A stretch of DNA of 20,000 nt, taken from the NCBI GenBank assembly GCA_963824995.1, contig CAWGRK010000006.1:48273-68272 (forward strand). The letters run 5' to 3'. The translations under genes were made by a program, and so were the position numbers. The notes under the pieces were generated by a model that worked only from the letters and a program-made list of their open reading frames with translations, was not told the DNA's origin and made no database searches. The stretch's first letter is position 1, and every line of letters begins with the position of its first letter. Below, piece by piece: positions 15,951 to 20,000 of the stretch. Source of the DNA: an uncultured Actinomycetes bacterium (GTDB lineage Bacteria > Actinomycetota > Acidimicrobiia > Spongiisociales > DATADW01).

Positions 15951-17426
15951 ATGGCAATCCACAAGGTGCTCGGGACCGAGACCGAGTACGGGATCGTCAT
16001 CCGCAACCAACCCGACTTCAACCCGGCTCTGGCATCGAGTCTCGTCGTCAACTCCTACCCCGGCGAGCGGGCACGGGTTCAGTGGTCCTTCGAGGAGGAG
16101 TCGCCGGGACGCGACGCCCGGGGGTTCGGGTTCGACGGGCAGGGTCTTCCCGAGGTGGACTCCGGCCTGGTCAACGCCGTCCTCACCAACGGCGCCAGGC
16201 TCTACGTGGACCACGCTCATCCCGAGTACTCCAGCCCGGAGTGCTACGACCCGCTCGAGGCGGCGCTGTACGACAAGGCGGGCGAGTTGGTGATGGCCCG
16301 GGCCGCCGAGCAGGCACGCCGCATGCTCAAGGAAGGCGAGCGGCTGTCGCTCTACAAGAACAACAGCGACGGCAAGGGCAACTCGTACGGCGCCCACGAG
16401 AACTACCTCCTGGCGCGCTCGCTCCCCTTCGGTGAGGTGGTCAAGTACCTCACCACGTTCCTCGTCACCCGTCAGCCGATCATCGGCGCCGGAAAGGTCG
16501 GGTCGGAGAACGGCCGCCCTGCCGTTCCGTTCCAACTCACCCAGCGGGCCGATTTCTTCGAGGAGGAAGTCGGGCTGGAGACGACGCTGAAGCGGCCCAT
16601 CATCAACACCAGGGACGAGCCCCACGGCGATGTGACCAAGTACCGGCGGCTCCACGTGATCATCGGCGACGCCAACCTCTCCGAACCCCAGATCTTCCTC
16701 AAGATGGGCATCACGTCGCTTCTCCTTGCGGCGCTCGAGGACGGCGCCATCCCCGACCCTCTGGCGCTGGCGGATCCGGTGACCGCCTGCTGGCAGGTGA
16801 GTCACGACGTAGACCTGAGTCGTCCGATCGAACTCGAGGCCGGCGGGAGCGCCACCGCACTCGAACTCCAGGGCCAGTACCTGGAGTGGCTGGCCAAGTA
16901 CGCCCAGTCGGAGCTACCAGAGGCCGTGTGGGGCGACGTCGTGGCGGACTGGGAGCAGGTGCTCACCGATCTGGAGACCGACCCGATGAGGTGCGCCGAC
17001 CGGTTGGACTGGGTGGCCAAGTGGCGGCTGCTCAACGGGTACGCCGAGCGCGACGGCATCGAGTGGTCGCACCCCAAGATGCAGGCCCTCGACCTGCAGT
17101 ACCACGATGTCGATCCAGACCTGGGGCTGCACCGGCGGATGGTCCGGAGCGGCGCCATGCAGCGGTTGTTCACCGACGAGGAGGTCGCCAGGGCCTGCAC
17201 CGAGCCGCCGGAACGCACCAGGGCCTACTTCAGGGGACGGTGCGTTGCCAAGTTCAGCGGGGCCCTGGTCGCCGCCAACTGGGACTCCATGGTGTTCGAC
17301 ACCGGCGGGGAGACGCTCAAGCGGGTGCCTATGATGGAGCCCCTGCGGGGAGGCAAGGACAAGGTCGAAGCGATCCTGGACCAGGCCGACGACGCCGCAG
17401 CACTATTGGAGGCGCTGGGCGGCTGA
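15951..17426 (+). CDS. dop: Pup deamidase/depupylase Dop
   Basis: GTETEYGI, Dop-loop region WSFEEESPGRDARG, LTNGARLYVDHAHPEYSSPEC, YKNNSDGKGNSYGAHENYL, RRLHVIIGDAN and AANWDS. Located between arc and pup. Confidence 0.97.
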   Translation: MAIHKVLGTETEYGIVIRNQPDFNPALASSLVVNSYPGERARVQWSFEEESPGRDARGFGFDGQGLPEVDSGLVNAVLTNGARLYVDHAHPEYSSPECYDPLEAALYDKAGELVMARAAEQARRMLKEGERLSLYKNNSDGKGNSYGAHENYLLARSLPFGEVVKYLTTFLVTRQPIIGAGKVGSENGRPAVPFQLTQRADFFEEEVGLETTLKRPIINTRDEPHGDVTKYRRLHVIIGDANLSEPQIFLKMGITSLLLAALEDGAIPDPLALADPVTACWQVSHDVDLSRPIELEAGGSATALELQGQYLEWLAKYAQSELPEAVWGDVVADWEQVLTDLETDPMRCADRLDWVAKWRLLNGYAERDGIEWSHPKMQALDLQYHDVDPDLGLHRRMVRSGAMQRLFTDEEVARACTEPPERTRAYFRGRCVAKFSGALVAANWDSMVFDTGGETLKRVPMMEPLRGGKDKVEAILDQADDAAALLEALGG

Positions 17427-17456
17427 GCCACCCAATCGCTGACTAGGAAGGTTTCG

Positions 17457-17651
17457 ATGGCCGAGCAGGAGCGCAAGCAGCCACCACAGCGGCAGGACGA
17501 GGAGGCCGCCGAGGCCGACGAGGCCGCGGCGGGGCGCAGCGGCCGGGATACCGCTGAGAAGATCGACGAGTTGCTCGAGGAGATCGACGCCGTCCTCGAG
17601 GAGAACGCCGAGGAGTTCGTCAAGAACTACGTCCAGAAGGGCGGCGAGTGA
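17457..17651 (+). CDS. pup: Prokaryotic ubiquitin-like protein Pup (GGE type)
   Basis: 64 aa, acidic, ending IDELLEEIDAVLEENAEEFVKNYVQKGGE. Confidence 0.98.
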   Translation: MAEQERKQPPQRQDEEAAEADEAAAGRSGRDTAEKIDELLEEIDAVLEENAEEFVKNYVQKGGE

Positions 17652-18445
17652 CGGGAGACCCGTCGGCCGAACCTCTGCCGCTCAACGCACCGGTCCCGGG
17701 TTCCAGTTTCTCCGGCCTGTTGGTCCGTCTCGGGCTCGAATCGCCCTGGTCGGGCAATGTGGACCAAACCCGTCTGCCAGTAGCCGAGGCCACGACGGTG
17801 CTCGCCATCCGCTTCCCCGGTGGCGTGGCGCTGGTCGGCGACCGCCAGGCGACCGAGGGCAACCTGGTTGCCCACCGCCGCATCCAAAAGGTCTTCCAGA
17901 GCGACGAGTTCTCGGCGGTGGCGATCGCCGGGGTGGCCGGGATAGCCGTGGAGATGGTCCGGCTGTTCCAGACCGAATTGGAGCACTACGAGAAGATCCG
18001 CTCGCACCGTCTCAGCCTGGAAGGCAAGGCGACCTACCTGGCGCGCATGGTCCGCAATCAACTGCCAATGGCTTTCCAGGGTCTGGTGGTGGTCCCGCTC
18101 TTCGCCGGTTACGACGAGGAACAGGAGACCGGACGGGTCTTCACCTACGACGTGGTCGGCGGCCGCTACGAGGAGCAGGACTTCGGCGCCACCGGGTCGG
18201 GGGGCAAGGAGGCCAAGGCCTTCCTGCGCGGTTTCTACCGGCCCGACCTCTCCGAGGACGAAGCGCTCGACTTCGGGATGGGGGCGCTCGTGGCCGCAGC
18301 CCAAGAGGACACCGCCACAGGTGGTCCAGACTTGCATCGTGGGATCCTCCCCAATGTCGTGACCGTGACCTCGGCCGGCTACCACGACGTCGATCCCGAG
18401 CGGGTGCGCGCCGTTGCGGAGCGGGCGCTCTCGACCGTCCGGTGA
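17648..18445 (+). CDS. prcB: 20S proteasome beta subunit
   Basis: GTGA overlap with pup. 48-aa propeptide, then mature TTVLAI with D17, K33, GSG and DTATGG. Confidence 0.97.
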   Translation: MTGDPSAEPLPLNAPVPGSSFSGLLVRLGLESPWSGNVDQTRLPVAEATTVLAIRFPGGVALVGDRQATEGNLVAHRRIQKVFQSDEFSAVAIAGVAGIAVEMVRLFQTELEHYEKIRSHRLSLEGKATYLARMVRNQLPMAFQGLVVVPLFAGYDEEQETGRVFTYDVVGGRYEEQDFGATGSGGKEAKAFLRGFYRPDLSEDEALDFGMGALVAAAQEDTATGGPDLHRGILPNVVTVTSAGYHDVDPERVRAVAERALSTVR

Positions 18446-18449
18446 TGTC

Positions 18450-19127
18450 GTGACCATCCCTTTCTACGTCCCGCCCGAGCAACTCATCAAGGACAAGGCG
18501 GAGTACGCCCGCAAGGGGATCGCCCGAGGCCGTTCCATCGTCGCCGTCGAGTACGCCGATGGTGTGCTCCTGATGGCGGAGAACCCGAGCCGAACGCTCC
18601 ACAAGATCAGCGAGATCTACGACCGGCTCGCCTTTGCTGGGGCGGGGCGGTACAACGAGTTCGAGAACCTCCGCCAGGGCGGCATCCGGTTCGCCGACGT
18701 CACCGGGTACATGTACAGCCGCCAAGACGTCACCGGCATCGCCCTGGCCCACGCGTTCGCCGAGACGCTGGGTCGGATATTCACCCATGAGATGAAGCCG
18801 TGGGAGGTCGAAGTGCTGGTGGCCGAGGTTGGAGTGAACGGTGACGACAACCGGCTGTTCAAGGTGACCTACGACGGGACCCTCTACGACGAGAGCGGGG
18901 TCTCGGCGGTGGGGGGCAAGGCCGAGCTACTCACCGAGTCGCTCAAGTCCGGGCACGAGGAGGGGGCTTCGCTCGACGAGGCACTCCGCAAGGTCGCAGA
19001 CGCATTTCGCACTGCCGAGGAGCGGGTGATCGACGGGTGGGAGGCAGCCGTGCTCGACCGCAGCCGTTCCCGGCGCTTGTTCCGCAGGCTCTCACTCGAG
19101 GACCTCGCCGCAGTGCTACCGAAGTAG
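18450..19127 (+). CDS. prcA: 20S proteasome alpha subunit
   Basis: From GTG 18450: MTIPFYVPPEQLIKDKAEYARKGIARGRS...ENPSRTLHKISEIYDR...KPWEVE. Confidence 0.97.
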   Translation: MTIPFYVPPEQLIKDKAEYARKGIARGRSIVAVEYADGVLLMAENPSRTLHKISEIYDRLAFAGAGRYNEFENLRQGGIRFADVTGYMYSRQDVTGIALAHAFAETLGRIFTHEMKPWEVEVLVAEVGVNGDDNRLFKVTYDGTLYDESGVSAVGGKAELLTESLKSGHEEGASLDEALRKVADAFRTAEERVIDGWEAAVLDRSRSRRLFRRLSLEDLAAVLPK

Positions 19128-19199
19128 CTGGCGGCGTTCCGAGGGGTTAGACGCGGCTTCCGGTCCGGTAGCCCATTCTCCATCGTTGACCGCACCGAC

Positions 19200-19208
19200 T
19201 GTTACCGT
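19200..19208 (+). promoter_or_regulatory. Putative extended -10 (TGnTACCGT) for leaderless pafA
   Basis: TG-t-TACCGT ends 8 nt before GTG 19217; no Shine-Dalgarno sequence. Confidence 0.55.
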
Positions 19209-19216
19209 CGCCGCGA

Positions 19217-20000
19217 GTGGAACGGCGAATATTCGGGATCGAGAACGAATACGGAGTCACCTGCACGCTCCGCGGCCAGCGCCGGCTCAGCCCCGACGAG
19301 GTCGCTCGCTATCTGTTTCGCCGGGTGGTCAGTTGGGGCCGCTCCTCCAACGTGTTCCTCGAGAACGGGGCTCGCCTCTACCTCGACGTGGGAAGCCATC
19401 CGGAGTACGCCACCCCCGAGTGCGACAGCCTCCACGACCTCGTGGCGCACGACAAGGCCGGGGAGCGGATCCTCGAGGGCCTGGTCCGCTCGGCCGAGCA
19501 GCGGCTCGAGGAAGAGGGGATCCGCGGGCAGATCTACCTCTTCAAGAACAACACCGACTCGGCAGGCAACTCGTACGGGTGTCACGAGAACTTCCTGGTG
19601 AGCAGGAACTCCGACTTCCAGCGGATGGTGGACACGCTGATCCCGTTCCTGGTGAGCCGGCAGATCTTCTCGGGAGCAGGGAAATTGCTGCAGACGGCGC
19701 GCGGCACCATGTTCTCCCTCTCGCAACGGGCGGAGCACATCTGGGAAGGAGTGTCGTCGGCCACGACCAGAAGCAGGCCGATCATCAACACCCGCGACGA
19801 GCCGCACGCCGACGCCGAGCGCTACCGCCGGCTGCATGTGATCGCCGGCGACTCGAACATGTCCGAGTACGCCACCTACGTCAAGGTGGGGACGGTCGCC
19901 GCTCTGCTCCAGATGCTCGAGGACGGCGTCGTCTTCCGCGATCTCACTCTGGAGAACCCGATCCGTGGGATCCGCGAGATCAGCCACGACCCCACTTGCC
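19217..20000 (+). CDS. pafA: Pup--protein ligase PafA; partial, runs off the window end
   Basis: Not in the ORF track because there is no stop in the window. Manual translation [70 protein letters not shown]...[19 protein letters not shown]...[29 protein letters not shown]. Confidence 0.97.
   Translation, partial: MERRIFGIENEYGVTCTLRGQRRLSPDEVARYLFRRVVSWGRSSNVFLENGARLYLDVGSHPEYATPECDSLHDLVAHDKAGERILEGLVRSAEQRLEEEGIRGQIYLFKNNTDSAGNSYGCHENFLVSRNSDFQRMVDTLIPFLVSRQIFSGAGKLLQTARGTMFSLSQRAEHIWEGVSSATTRSRPIINTRDEPHADAERYRRLHVIAGDSNMSEYATYVKVGTVAALLQMLEDGVVFRDLTLENPIRGIREISHDPTC

Noticed and set aside
19186..19191. TTGACC as the -35 element for pafA
   Set aside because: It is only 11 nt from the TACCGT -10 hexamer, too close for a sigma-70 promoter.
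19202..19987. 261-aa minus-strand ORF
   Set aside because: It is the antisense shadow of pafA, which is unambiguous on the plus strand.

Overview
High-GC actinobacterial chromosome segment, most consistent with Acidimicrobiia (inferred from gene order and Cys-containing SLH repeats). The right half is the conserved Pup-proteasome locus: trmI, a lipoprotein, a ferredoxin, arc, dop, pup (ending GGE), prcB, prcA and a partial pafA. The left half holds a partial glutamate formiminotransferase coupled to an MFS transporter, a secreted 3xSLH-VanW protein, a DUF222/HNH gene, a large TPM-domain membrane protein, the tdh-kbl threonine catabolic pair, a frameshifted conserved hypothetical gene and several small membrane proteins. 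No rRNA, tRNA, CRISPR array or transposase was seen. The most interesting unexplained signals are: (1) adjacent LexA and PafBC-type (RecA-NDp) motifs upstream of the DUF222/HNH gene; (2) two intergenic loci each built from a pair of near-complementary 7-bp tandem arrays; (3) a VanW domain with Ser at the usual Cys position; (4) an unannotated 31-aa Prli42-like membrane miniprotein; (5) a 12-bp inverted repeat bracketing the TPM gene. All family assignments come from motif recognition by eye, with no database search. I cannot claim a definitively new system.
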